Part shown: positions 11,192-23,604 of the stretch, piece after piece | Layout of the letters: the number at the start of each line of letters is the position of its first letter | Position numbering within the stretch: position 1 is the stretch's first letter | Origin: Scenedesmus sp. PABB004 | Taxonomy: Eukaryota | DNA: 64,000 nucleotides | Direction of reading: 5' to 3' | NCBI GenBank assembly: GCA_014905635.1 | Contig: JABVCE010000031.1 | Span: 62,001 to 126,000, forward strand | Notes under the pieces: generated by a model | The model's database searches: none | What the model saw: only the letters and a program-made list of their open reading frames with translations | Told to the model about the DNA's origin: nothing | Program-made: the position numbers and the translations under genes

Positions 11192-14100
11192 ATGGGCAAC
11201 GTGGTGTGCTGCGCCTGCGTGGAACAGGGCGAGGTGGGGGCCGCCGCGCCGGCGTGGGGCGGGCGCTGGCGCTGGCGCCGGCCGCGCACGCTGCCGCACA
11301 CGCCGCCGCGCGGCGCCGCGCAGGTCGGCGCGATCGAGCGCTGCGGCAAGTTCTCGCGCCTCGCGGTGCGCGCCGCGCCGCACGCTCCCCCGCGCCCCCT
11401 GGCCTCGCCCGCGCACGCCGCCGCCGCCGCCCGCACGCCCCGCTTCTCCCCTGCCCCCTTCCTCTGGCCCCGCTCAACCCCTAAAACCCCGCCTCCTCCC
11501 CCTCCTCCTATACCCCGCCTCCTCCCCCTCCACGCAGGAGCCCGGCATCAACCTGCTCAACCCCTTCTGCTGCGAGGAGGTGGCCGTCAAGCTCTCCAAG
11601 CGCGTGCAGCAGGCGCGCACGCGCCCGGCGCGCCGCGGTCTTCGCACCTGCGCCCGCGCCCGCGCCCGCGGCGCCGAGCCGCGCGCGCCGAGCCGCGCGC
11701 CGCGCGCGCCGCCCGCGCGCCGCCCCCGACGCCCCCGACGCCCTCCGTGCACCCCTGCCGCCCCGCGCGCCCCCGCCGCCGCCGCCCCGCGCCCCCCGCC
11801 GTGCGCCGCGCGCGCCCCCGCCGCGCAGCTGGACGTCGCGGTGGAGACCAAGACGCGCGACAACGTGTTTGTCACGCTCGTGGTGTCGGTGCAGTTCCAG
11901 GCGCGGCGCGCGCAGCCACCCGCCCCCGCGCCCGCACGCCGCTGCGCGCCGCTGCGCGGCAACGGGGGCGCGCCGCACGCCGCCCGCGGCGACGCACGCC
12001 GCCCGCGGCGACGCACGCCGCGGCGACGCACACCCCGGCGGGGATCGGCGGCGCGCCGCCACCTGCGGTGGCGCCGCACGCCGCGCGCCGCGCGCCGCGC
12101 GCCGCGCGCCGCGCGCCGCCCGCGGCGACGCACGCCGCGGCCGCCGCGCGCCGCCCGGCCGCAGGTGGTGCCCGAGTCGCTGTACGACGCCTTTTACCGG
12201 GTGCGTGCGTGTGCGTGTGTGTGTGTGGGGGGGGGGGCTCGTCGGGAGGGTGCCCCGAGCGCCGCGCCCCGCCCGCCGCCTGGCAGCCCGCCCCCGGGGG
12301 CGCTGCTGGCGCGCGCGCGCGCTGCCGCGCCCGCGGCCCCCGTCACGCCGCTCACCGCCTGCACCCCCCACTAAACCCCTGGTCTGCTGCTGAACCCCTG
12401 CTGCTGCCCTCACCCCCCCCCCCACACACACACACACACGCACACCTCCACGCAGCTGACCGACTACCGCACCCAGATCCGGTCGTACGTGTTTGACGTC
12501 GTGCGCGCGACGGTGCCCAAGATCAACCTCGACGACGTCTTCGTGGTGCGGCTGCGGTTGCTGTTGTGATCGTTATTGTTATTGCTGTTGTTATTGTGTG
12601 GGGTTGTGTGTGTGGGGGGGGCTGCGGGCGTGTGGGCGTGCGGGCGGGCCGGGTGTTGCTGAGCGTCCCACCGCCCCGCTGCACGCTCCCCCTGCCCCCT
12701 CACTCACCCCCCCCCCCCCCGCCCGCCCCCTCAGACCAAGGAGGAGATCGCCAACGACGTGCGCGAGGAGCTCGGCAAGGCGCGCGCAGACCCCCCCGGC
12801 CCGCACGGCACCGCGCGCGCGCGCGCGCACGGGGGCGCGGGGCGGCGCGGCGCGGCGCGGCGGCGCCCACGCGCCTGCGCGCGCGCCCACCCATGCCCCC
12901 CTCCCGCATCCACTGCGCGCAGGAGATGAGCACGTTTGGCTTCACCATACTGCAGGTGGGGACGGGCGCGGACCGGCGCGGCGCGGGCGGCGCGGCGCGG
13001 ACCGGCCCAGCACTCCCACGCGCACACACACCCATCCCCCCAACAACACCCCGCAGGCGCTGGTGACGGACATTGACCCCGCGCCGCGCGTGAAGGACGC
13101 GATGAACGCCATAGAGGAGGCGCGCCGCATGAAGTGAGAGGGGGGGGGGGGGGTGTGGGAGGGCTGGGGCGTGGGGCGCGCACGCTGTGCTCACGGCCGC
13201 CCCGCACGGCCGTGCGCGCCCGTGCGCCCCCCGCGCACCGCGCACCGTGCGCAGGCAGGCGGCGGCGGAGCGCGCGGAGGGTGACAAGGTCACGCGCGTC
13301 AAGGCGGCAGAGGCGGAGGCCGAGGCGCGCTACCTGCAGGCGCGTGCACACGTGGGGGAGGGGGGGGGGAAGGGGAGGGGAGCGGGCCTGCGGCTGCGCG
13401 GCCCGCGGGGCCCGCGGGGCCCCGCCGCTCCAGCGCCGGCGCCCGCGCGCTGACCCCCGCCTTGCGCTGCGCCGCCCCGTGCCGCGCGCCGCCGCGTGCG
13501 CAGGGCCTGGGCATCAGCCGCCAGCGCGCGGCGATCCTCAACGGCCTGCGCGACAGCGTGGCAGACTTCTCGGGTGCGCGACACGCGGGGGTTTTAAGGG
13601 GGGGGCACGCGCCGCTGCGCCGCCGCGCGTCGCGCCCGCGCCTGCTCACGGCGTGCGCCCCCCACCCCCCTCTCCTCTGTCGTGCGCAGGCGACCTGGAG
13701 GGGGTGTCCAACAAGGAGGTGCGGGGCGGCGCGTGAGGGGCAGAGGGGGCGGTCGGCCGGCTCGCCGCGCCGCGCCGCGCCGCGCCGCGCCGCGCCGCGC
13801 CGCGCGCGTTCAGCGCCAGCCCGCGCGCTCAGCCCGCCGCCGCCGCCGCTGCGGCGCGCCGCAGATCATGGAGCTGCTGCTGCTCACACAGTGTGCGTGT
13901 GCTGCACGACGGCTGCGCCGCTGCACGCCGCCCGCTGCGCGCCGCCCGCTGCGCTCCCTCGCCCGCACACCTCCCCCACCTCTCTCTCCTCACCCACGCA
14001 CACCCCCCCCCCCCACCCCCCCCCCCCCACACACACACACACGCGCGCGCGAAGATTTTGACGCGGTGAAGGACGTCGGCCAGTCGGCCAAGGGCGCGAC

Positions 14101-14350
14101 GCTCTTCATGACGCACAGCCCCTCCGCAGTCAACAAGGTGACCCGCGCAGGGTGGACATCCAGCCCCGCCCCCTCACGCCGCCGCGCCGCGGTCGCTGTG
14201 TGCGGGGGCGCGCAGTCCCGCGCCGCGAGAGACGCGCGCCGCGCCGCGCGTCGCGCCGCCGCGCAGGTGGCGGCCGAGCTGCGCAGCGTGCTCGGCGGCG
14301 CCGACCAGCCGGCGAAGCGCCCCGCGCCGGTCGCGGCGATGCAGCGCTGA
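11192..14350 (+). CDS. HIR: Hypersensitive-induced response (HIR)-like SPFH/band-7 protein, 15 exons
   Basis: MGNVVCCAC (myristoylation/palmitoylation-type N-terminus), VGAIERCGKF, LDVAVETKTRDNVFV, YVFDVVRATVPKINLDDVF, ALVTDIDP..VKDAMNAI, GLGISRQRAAILNGLRDSV, LLTQ|YFD. GC donors at 11613, 11901, 12780 and 13340. Confidence 0.93.
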
Positions 14351-14615
14351 TGAGCGGGGCACTGGCTGCGGGCTCGCGGCCGCGCGGGCGCGCGCGCGTG
14401 TGCTGCGCGGAGGAGGAGGAGGGGCACTGTGACTGACTGCGTCAAACCCAATCCCTGCGTTGTGGGTGTGTGTGGTGCCGCGCCACCCTTTCTCACGCAT
14501 GCGGCGGCGGGGCAGGCTGCACTGTGCATGCACGATGCGCCGGCCGGCCGCCTTTAACAGGTCTCACCGCACCACGAGCGCCGCTCACGGCCCGCGGTGC
14601 GCCCTCCGCCGCGCG

Positions 14616-15385
14616 TCAGAGCGTGCAGGTGAGGCCGGGGCCGGCGCCGTTGTAGAACTGGCCCGCCCACTCGTGGCCCTCGGCGTCGGTGAAGGTCCCC
14701 GCGCCGTGCATGACGCCGCCCGCCCACTCGCCCTGCGCGCGCGCGCGCGCGGGCCGGCGGGCGGCGGGAGGCACGGTCAGCGAGACTCTCGCGCTCTCGC
14801 GCGGCGCCTCGCGCCGCGCCGCCCGCGGGTGAGCTCGCTACGGCGCCGGCGCCGGCGTACACAGCACGCGCCGCCGCCGCCGCGCCGCGCCTGGTAGGCC
14901 CGGCCGTCCGGCCACGCGTACCGCCCCACGCCGCTGTAGGCGTTGTGCGACCAGCCGCCCTCATAGGCCGCGCCGTTTGCAAAGCTGAAGCAACCCTGGC
15001 CGTGCATCTCGTCGTCAACCCACTGCCCCGTGTAGGTGTACGCGCCGCACGCCAGCGTGCCTGGCGTGGCGCAGCGCGCGGCGCGCGGCGTGGCGCCGGG
15101 CGTGCAAGCGCCGCGCGCGCGCGCGCGCGCGGGCGCGCGCGCACCGACGCCGTGGCGCACGGGGCGCGGCGGCTCCGCCGGCGCGGCCGTCTCGTCGTCG
15201 CCGGCGCGCCTCTTCGCGGCCGCCGCGCCGCCCTTCTTGCCCGCCGGCGGCTCCGGCGGCGGCCCGCCCAGCAGGCGGTACTCGCCCTCGTAGGTGCTGC
15301 CGTCGGGGTAGTGGAAGCGGCCGCGCAGCAGCGGCGGCGCCGCCGGCTCGGGCGCGGCCGCGGCGCCCGGCTGCTGCTCCGGCAT
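14616..15385 (-). CDS. MORN-repeat protein, 3 exons
   Basis: YPDGSTYEGEY, YTGQWVDDEMHGQG, YEGGWSHNAYSGVG, DGRAYQ|GEWAGGVMHGAG. GC donor at 14890. Confidence 0.85.
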
Positions 15386-15868
15386 GCGGCCGGCGGTGGC
15401 GACTGGAGCGGCCGGAGAGGGTGCGGGCGCGATGAGCGGGCGGGACGCGGCGGCGGGCGCGGCGCGGCGCCGGGGCGCGACGGTCTTTGCTGCTGTCGCG
15501 CCCGCGTTGAACGGGCCGGCGCCGCTGCTGGCGCGCGTGATTTGCGGCTCGATGAGCACGGCGGACCCGGAATAGCACGGTGGAAGCGCGGGACCGGGCG
15601 CCGGGGCTTGCGGCAGGCGGGCGGGCGCGGCGCAGCCCGGCCGCGAGCGGTCGCGCGCCGCGCGAGCGTGGGCGCGCCAGCTGACGCACGGGTGGCGAAG
15701 GGGCAGCGAAGGGATGTCACCAGAGCTGAAATCGCACGCGCTGATCTCGCGCCCGCGCCTCTGGGCGGCGCGGCGCCCCCCGCCGCCACGCGCAGCACAC
15801 AAACCCGCCTCGCGCGCCCGCGCCGCGAGCCACCAGCGCCAGGGCTCGCCCAGCACACTGCCCCCGGC

Positions 15869-16088
15869 TCAGTAGTAGGCCAGGTTGAGCGCGAGGGGGA
15901 CGACAAAGGGCTCCATGACGAGGCGGGTGAGGAAGTAAAAGGCCACGCCGAGCGCGATGCTGACCGGCAGCGCGGGCAGCGCGCGCCGCGTGAGCGCGAG
16001 CAGCAGCAGCGTCACGCCCAGGCCGCTGATGACGGCGATGTAGGAGGAGAAGACTGCGGCGCGGGGGGGGGGGGTGGAAGGAGCGTGT

Positions 16089-16176
<88 letters not shown>

Positions 16177-18049
16177 ATGTGGGGAGAGGGGGGCGATGCT
16201 GGACGGGGCGGCGGCGGCGGCACGGCGGACCGCACCGCGCCGCACTCCACACACACCACACAGCCCCCTCACCCCACACGACCGCGGCGCACCGGTCATC
16301 ATGTCGTACATCGCCGCGCGGCCGACGAGCATGGAGTAAAAAATGAAGTCCCCCAGGCCCAGCTTGATGCCGTCCGGCAGGCCCAGCTCGCTGTCGCTGG
16401 CGTCCGCGTCGTCGCTGGCGGCGCCGGGGTGGTGCGGCGCGCCGCCGCCGCGCGCGCGTGCTGCGGCGGCGGCGCCGTCGAGCTCGGCGGCGCGCGGGCC
16501 GGGCGGCGGCACAGGGCTGCGCGCGGCGGCGCGGCGGCGGCGGCGGCGCGGGCAGCGGTGGCGTCGGCGGCCGCCCGCCCATGGCGGGCCCCGGGGAGGC
16601 GCGCCCGCGCGCCGCACCTGCTGCCGTCGCCGTCCTCGGCGGCCGCCAGCGCCGCGGCCGAGCTGCTGCCGCCCCCACTGCCGCGCAGCACCGGGGCCGC
16701 CGCGCCGTCCTCCTCGGCGCCCTCGCCCAGCGGGCGGGGCACGCCGCGCCCGCCGCTGCCGAGCCAGGCGCGCCCCGGCGGCCGCGCGCCGTGCGCGCCC
16801 TCCGCCTCCACGCCCTCCGCGAGCGGCACCGCGCCGCTCGAGCGCCGCTGCACCGCGCCGCCGCTGCCGAGCACCGCGCTCGCGGCTGCGGCGACGACCA
16901 CCGCGGCGGCGCCGCCGCCGCCGCCGGCCGCAAACTCGGCCGAGCTGCGCGGCTGGCCCGCGAGCAGCGCGGCGGTCGGGCTACCGGCGGGGCCGCCGCC
17001 GCCGCCGGGCCGCCGCCGCCCGCGCGCGCGGCGTCGGCGAGCACCGCCATCGGCGTGCCCGGCCCCTCGCCGGCACTGCCGCCGTCCCGCCGCCGCCGCC
17101 GCGGCGCTGCCACATGCCGCGCCGGTAGGGCCGCGTCGTGGGGCGGGACTCGTAGATGAGCGCTGGCAGGTCCTGCTGGCGCTCGATCGCGAGCTCAACC
17201 AGGATCTGCGCGCCAGCCACAGCGCGCGTGGGCGCGTGGGTGTGGAGGGGGGAGGGGGGCGTGTGGGGGCGTGTGGGCGCGCCGGCGCACACGCACGCCG
17301 CCCCGCGCCACCGCCTGCAGCCGCCGCCGCCGCGCGCGCTCGCGCGGCAGGCCCGCCCGGCAGCAGCACCGCGCGCGGCGCGGCCCCTCAGCCCTCAAGC
17401 CCCAAAACCCTGAACCGCCCACCCAGCCACCCACCTTGAGCGGCCCGCCCGGCAGCAGCACCGCGGCGAGGTCGTACAACGCCATTACGCCCAGCAGCAC
17501 CCAGGAGGTCCACTCGGGGATGTGGGTGAAGATGAAGGCCACGCAGATGCCCACCCACACCGTGTACGCCTGCTTCAGCAGCAGCGGCCCCGGCAGCACA
17601 AAGAGCGACAGCAGCCCGCCGACCTGCGCGCGCGAGCGCGGGGGAGGTGAGCGGCGCGGGGGGACAGAAAAGAGAGAGCCCCGGCGGCGTGGGCGCGGGG
17701 CGGCGCCGCGCGGCGGCGGCCTGGCCGCGCCCAAGAAACGCCCCGCGCGGGCGGCGGCCGGCCGGCCCCCGGTTGGCCGGCCAAAACCCCGACGCTCAAC
17801 TAAACTAAAACGCGCACCGAGAAGTTGAAGAGGATGACGGCGAGCGAGGGCAGGTCCAGGTGGAGCCCCACCACGCGCAGGAGCTGTATGGAGAGGGCGC
17901 CGGTGAAGAAGAAAAAAATGTTGAGCATCGCAAACCCCATGTAGGCGTGGATCACGCGGTAGCACTGAGGGGAGGGGGAGGAGAGGGGCGGCGCGGCGGC
18001 GGCGGCGGGGGCGTGTGCGGGTGCGTGTGAGTGTGCGCGCGCGTGTGTG

Positions 18050-18103
<54 letters not shown>

Positions 18104-18116
18104 CGCGTGCGCGTGC

Positions 18117-18184
<68 letters not shown>

Positions 18185-18803
18185 GGGGGAGGTGAGCAGG
18201 TGCGGCGGCGAGTGGGCAGCAAGCAACAACAAACGCGCAGACCCCTGGCACGGGCAGCTGCAGCTGCAGTCGGGCGCCGCCCCTGGGCAGCAGCGTCCCA
18301 GGGTTTAGGCAGGCGGGCAGGCGGGCACAAAACCGCGCGCGCACGCGGTACTTGAAGAGCAGGAAGAGCACAAACGTCATGCCCGCGATCACGGCCATGA
18401 ACACCACCGCGTTGAGCAGCGCGCCGCCGAGCTTGGTGCCCGCGCTGTCGCTGTCCTGCGAGCGGCACGCGGCGCGGCGCCGGCGGCGCGTGGCGGGTCG
18501 CCGGCGCGGCTGGCCGCGCGCTGCCCGCCGCGGCGCGTGGCGGCGCGCTGCGCAGCGGGGGGCGCGGCGCGGCGGTTGGAGGGCCCCCCGTCCTGCGGGC
18601 GCGCGCGCCTTTTCGTGGTAGGCAATCGTCGCGATCGCCACGCTGCTGCTGTCGGCGGCGCCGTCGGGGTTGAGCGTCTTGACCAGCACGACGACGAGGG
18701 CCATGCAGATGCTCACCGGCGCCACGATGCCCGTGACCTCGGCGCCCAGGTCGTCCAGCACGCTGGGCGCCGCCGCCGGCTCGCCGCCGCGCGGGCGCGC
18801 CAT
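15869..18803 (-). CDS. PSEN: Presenilin (gamma-secretase catalytic subunit); two apparent 1-nt deletions in the loop exon (near 17087 and 17008)
   Basis: [38 protein letters not shown] (YD), [25 protein letters not shown] (GxGD), [10 protein letters not shown] (PAL). GC donor at 18608. Confidence 0.93.
16085..16174. repeat. (TG)n microsatellite in presenilin intron
   Basis: Direct inspection. Confidence 0.9.
18012..18182. repeat. Compound (TG)n-(CG)n-(TG)n alternating purine-pyrimidine tract in presenilin intron
   Basis: Direct inspection. Confidence 0.9.
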
Positions 18804-19230
18804 CGCGCGCGGGCGGGCGGGCGGGCTGTCGCGCGCCGCGCCGCTGCTGCCGCCGCGCTGGCGGCGGTTGGCTCAGCACGCGCCGCCGTCGGCGCGCATG
18901 GCGGGCGGTCACGGACGCGGCAGGCGCGGAGGGGCGCAGGGGAAGAGAGCACCTGGCGGCCTGGCGGCGCCGGGGGCGGCGGCGGCGGGCGCTCGCAGCA
19001 CGAGCAGCAGACTGGCCGCGGCGTGTGGCGACGGTGCCTGCGCGGCCGTGCGTGGCGCTGGGAGCGGGCAGCCGGAAGCCCGACCGAGGTGTTGTCAGCG
19101 CGTCCGCGGGTCTGGCTGCGGCGAACCCCGCCGTCAGGGCGTCGCGCTGCTCGGCCAGCCGCCAGCGCAGCCGCCGCCACTCCCCTCGCTGCCCCCTCGC
19201 TGCCGCCGATCTCTCCCGAACACGCACGCC

Positions 19231-19331
19231 ATGCTGCGCTGCCGCTGCGCCGTGGCGGCGCCGCTGCCGGCAGCGCAGCGCCGCGCGCGGGCGCCGCGCG
19301 TGCCGCCCCGCGCGTGGCGCACAAGCAGCAT

Positions 19332-19369
<38 letters not shown>

Positions 19370-20186
19370 GCCGGCGGCGGCGACACAGTGCAGCCGCGGC
19401 AGCGGGCGGCGACGGCCCCACCACTGCGGCGGCAGCGGGCGACGGCGCCGGCCCCACCACCGCCGGCGCGGCGGCAGCGCAGCCCGCAGCCGGCGCCAGC
19501 AGCCGCTACAATTGGACCTTTGACCTGTCCCAGCCGGCCAAGCAGGATCCAAAGGTCCAGGAAATTCCCCTCGCGCTCATCCGGCGGTGCGCGGCGGGCA
19601 CGCGTGCCGGCGCGGCGCACGGGCGCACGCGTGGCGGCGCACGCGCGCGGACGAGCGCCCCCGCCCCGCCCGCCCGCGCGCGCAGGCCCCTCGGGCGCAC
19701 GCGCAGCAACGGTGTGTGCGCCCGACCGGGGCGCGCCGGCCGCGGCGCTGCGGCTCGCGCCCCGGGGCGCCGCGCCGACCCCCGCTGCGCAGAACCCCTG
19801 CCGCCCCGCTGCCGCCGTGCCGCGCCGCGCAGACCAGGCCAAGGTCGTGGCGCTGATGGCAAGCATTGACGCCATAGGCCTGCAGGAGCCGGTGCGCACG
19901 CGCCTTTTTTGTCTGGGCGCGCCGGCGCCGGCGCCGGCGCCCGCGCCGGCGGGGGCCACGCGCGCAGCACGGCTCGGACACGCCACCGCGCAGCCCGCGC
20001 CGCGCGCCGCCCACGCGCGCTGCCTGCGCCGCTCTCGCACAGATTGACGTGCTGCTCGTGGACGGCGTGTACTACGGATTCTCCGGCTGCCACAGGTTTG
20101 AGGCGCACGCGCGCCTCGGCCGCGAGACGATCCGCGCGCGCGTGCGCCGCGCGACGCGGGAGGTGCTGCGCATGCACCTCATGTGA
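19231..20186 (+). CDS. SRX: Sulfiredoxin with probable plastid transit peptide, 4 exons
   Basis: EIPLALIRR|PLGRTRSN|DQAKVVALMASIDAIGLQEP|IDVLLVDGVYYGFSGCHRFEAH; FSGCHR is the sulfiredoxin catalytic motif. Confidence 0.93.
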
Positions 20187-20388
20187 ACGGATGGGCGCAT
20201 GGGAGGGAGGGAGCGAGGGAGAGCAAGCTGCGCCCGCGAGGCATGCTTGGACGGCCCGGGGCGAGGCCGCGTGCGCCGCGGCCGGGCGGCGGCGGGCGCG
20301 TGTGCGGGCGCGCCCCAGTGTTACTCGCCGCAGTGCGCGCACACGCGCCGGGCGCGCCCGCCGCTGCGCAGCACACGACGCCTGCGCG

Positions 20389-20424
20389 CTACGGCGGCGG
20401 CGGCCGGGCCGCCCCAGCGCCGCC

Positions 20425-20455
<31 letters not shown>

Positions 20456-22269
20456 GCCGTCGCCGCCGCAGCTGCGGCGCCCTCGCCGCCCGCGCCCGCG
20501 GCCGCCTCGCCGGCCGCGCCCGCGGCGCCCTCGCCGGCCGCGCCCGCCGCTGCGGGCGCCGGCGTCGCCGCCCTACCTGCGCCCGCGCCGGCCCCGCGCG
20601 CGGCGGCCGCGCCGCGCCGCGCCGCCGACGCCAGCGCGCGCCCCGCGCCGCGCGCGAGCGCGGCGGCGCCGGCCGCGGCCGCGGCGGCGGCCGCCGCGGC
20701 GCGGTCCCACAGGGTCTGCTGGTCGGGGTCGTCGGCGGGGCTGGCAAAGCCGCCTAGCTCGCCCTCCGCCTCGTCCTCTGCCTCGTACACCGCGACGTTC
20801 TGCTGCAACGCAAAGACCAGCGGCTGCTTCAGCTCGTCCAGCAGCGCGCGCGGCGCGGGGCCGCGGCCGGCGCCGCGCGGCGCGGCGCCGCCCGGCGCGG
20901 CGCCGCCGTCGCGCTGCTGCTCCTCGCCGCCGGCGTCGCGGGGCGCCGGGCCACCGATGATGTAGACGCGCGCCGGGCCCTCCTCCTCCGCCGGCGCCTC
21001 TGCGCCCTCGGGCGCCGCCGCCGCCGCCGCGGGGCCCTGCGCGTCGCCAGGCCCGCCGGGCGCAGCTGCCGCGCCCGCGCCCGCGCCCGCGCGCGCCGCA
21101 GCCGCAGCCGGCGCCTCCGCCGCGCCCGCGCGCGCCGCGGCGGCCGCCGCCGCGGCCGCGCCGGCCGGGCCCGCGAGCGGCCTGGCCGGCAGCTCCACGA
21201 CGAGGCTGCGGAAGGCGTACTTGCCGCGCGCGCCCTTGCTCGCCTCGAGCGAGACCACGCCCGAGCGCAGCGGGCCGGTCAGCGGGAAGAGCAGGTGGAT
21301 GCGCGGCGCGCGCAGGCGCGGCGCGAGGCTGTCGCCGACGAAGAGCGACCCCCGCGTCACGAGCTGCACGCGCATCGCGCTGCCTGCGCGCGGCGGCGGC
21401 GCCGGCGGCGCGCGGGCAGGGGCGTCGGCGGGCGCCGGGCGCCTGGCGCGGGCCGGGCACGGCGGCGACGGGCGCGGCGCGGCGGCGGCGCCGCGCGTTG
21501 TGCCCCCCGCCGCCGCACCCGCGAGCGGCGTGCCCATGACCTCCGCCAGGCCCGCGTGGCGGGCGAGCTTGCGCATCGCGACCGCGTACACGCGCTCCGG
21601 CGACGGCACGAGCGCGCCGCGCAGCCACAGCCCCGCGCCCGCGACGGCCGCGGCCGACGCGGCGACGCAGCCGGGCGCGAGCCCCGGCGTGTCGGCGCCG
21701 AGCAGCGCGCCCGCGGCGGCAAGGGTGGCGTGGTACGCGCCCGCTGTGGCGGCGGCTGCGGCGAGCGTGGCGAGCAGCGCGCCGTGCTGCTGCCACGCGC
21801 TCGCCGCGCACAGCGCCGCCGCGCGCAGCAGCGACGTCTCGCGCACGAGCCTGACCAGCCGCGCCGCGCGCCCCGCCGCGCCGCGCGAGGCCTTGGCCGC
21901 CAGCTCGCTCACCGACAGCAGCGCGGCCACCGCGACGGGCGGCACCTGCAGCCGCGCCGCCAGCCGCCGCGCGCTCTTCACCGCCGGCGGCGCGCCGCCG
22001 GCGCTGCCAGCGCCGCCAGCGCTTTTGCTGCTGGCGCCGGCCGCCGCTGCGGCCGCCGCCGCCGCGCCGGCGCCGCTGCTGCTCACGCCGCGGTGGTGGG
22101 CAGCGCCGCGCCAGGCGGCGCCGCTGCTGCCGAAGCGCCAGGCGGCGCTGCCGCCGCTGCCGCCGCTGCCGGCCAGCGGCGCCGCCGCCCCCGTCAGCTC
22201 GCCCGCCGCCGCCAGCGCCCGCCGCAGCAGCAGCGGCGCCGCGCCCGAGCGCGCCGCCGCCGCCAGCAT
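20389..22269 (-). CDS. Tim21-like mitochondrial inner membrane protein (plant-type family), 2 exons
   Basis: Mitochondrial presequence-like N-terminus, TM segments, then SPERVYAVAMRKL..EVMGTPLAG|SAMR..LLFPLTGPLRSGVVSLEASK..GKYAFRSLVVELP. The similarity is recalled from plant Tim21-like proteins. Confidence 0.65.
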
Positions 22270-22674
22270 GGTGCAGGCAGCGCCGCCTGCGGCGCGGCGC
22301 GGCGGCGCGCGCGGCGCCCTCTCAGCGCCGTCGGCAGCAGCAGCAGCGGCGCCAACCGCCGCGCGCTCGCGCAGACGCTGCCCCGCTGCGTCACGCACGG
22401 CTGATCACGCTGCTGTGAGCGCGCGTGGCGGCGATCTCCGGGCGGGCGCGCCCCTGCACGCACCACGAAGGCTGGTGCCGATGGATGCAGCAGTCCCTGC
22501 TGCTCCCCCGCTGGTGCGCTGCGAATCCGCGCGAACGCCGCGGCGAGGGGCTGCGAGACGAGCACGCAAGCGCGGTGCGCGAGCGGACGGGCCGGGCGGC
22601 GGCGGCGGCGGGGCGCAGGGCGGCGGGGCACAGGCTCGGGGCCGAGCAGCGGCTGCGTTGCACCGCCGCCGGCT

Positions 22675-23232
22675 TCAGAAGAAGAGGCGCATCACGCCAA
22701 ACATCAGCCCCACGCCAAAGCCCACCGCCAGGCTGTTCCCGAGCACCTGCAGCGCCGACGGCCGCGCGCCGCCGCCCGGCGGCGCCGGCGGGGCGACGAG
22801 CCGGCCCTCCGGCCCCGGCATCGGCTCGCCCACTTCCGTAGTTTCGTTTGACTCCTTGTGCCAGTAGTAGGTGCCGCCGCTGCGCTCGTCGGTCACCGCG
22901 ATCCAGGCGTCCGGGCGCGGCGCGCCGACCGGCGTCGTCACGCCCGTCTTGCGGTTCCACCAATACGCGCCGCCGCCTCCGGCCTTGTCGGTCACGCGCT
23001 GCCAGGGGCCCGCGTTGGCGGCGCCGCCGCCCGCGGGCGGCCCCGCCTGCGGCTGGCGCGCCGCCGGCACGACGACCGGCTCGGCCGACGGCGCGGGCGG
23101 CTCCGCGGCCGCGTAGCCGCGCGCCCCCGCCGCTACTGCCGCCGCTGCGGCGGGCGGCTGCGTTGCCACGGCGCGCCGGGCGAGCGCGGGCAGCAGCAGG
23201 CCGCCGCCCGCTGCCAGGCGCCGCGCCGCCAT
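22675..23232 (-). CDS. Small intronless protein with two WW-like domains and a C-terminal TM helix
   Basis: PWQRVTDKAGGGAYWWNRKTGVTT and AWIAVTDERSGGTYYWHKESNETT, followed by LAVGFGVGLMFGVMRLFF*. Arg-rich presequence-like N-terminus. Confidence 0.75.
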   Translation of the reverse strand: MAARRLAAGGGLLLPALARRAVATQPPAAAAAVAAGARGYAAAEPPAPSAEPVVVPAARQPQAGPPAGGGAANAGPWQRVTDKAGGGGAYWWNRKTGVTTPVGAPRPDAWIAVTDERSGGTYYWHKESNETTEVGEPMPGPEGRLVAPPAPPGGGARPSALQVLGNSLAVGFGVGLMFGVMRLFF

Positions 23233-23604
23233 CTGCTCAGGCCGCTGCCGCTGCCGCTGCCACTGCGGCCGAGCTGCCGTCGCCGCTGCGAGGGAGGAGG
23301 CTGGCGCGCGGGCTGGGCGCCCGGGAGGCTCGGGAGTGGGAGGGCGGTTCTTGTGGCGGCGCGCCGCGACCGTCATCACTTGAGTTTTTTGTGCTGCGCC
23401 CTGCCGCCGCCCGCTGCCCGCAGGTCGTCGCTCTCGCTCGCTCTCGCCCCGTCCACTCGCCCTGCGTGCGCAGCGTCGCCCGCCGGCAGCGCGGCAGCAG
23501 CTGGCCTCGCCCTCACTCGCACGTGCTGCTCCCCGCACGGGCGCCGTCGGCACGCCACCGGGAGGCCCAGCCGCTCTCCATCGCGCTACACCAGCAGCAG
23601 CAGC

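Noticed and set aside
18281..18303. Small CCCTGGG..CCCAGGG hairpin in a presenilin intron resembling stem 2 of the PRP16 module
   Set aside because: Only 7 bp, which is expected by chance at this GC content.
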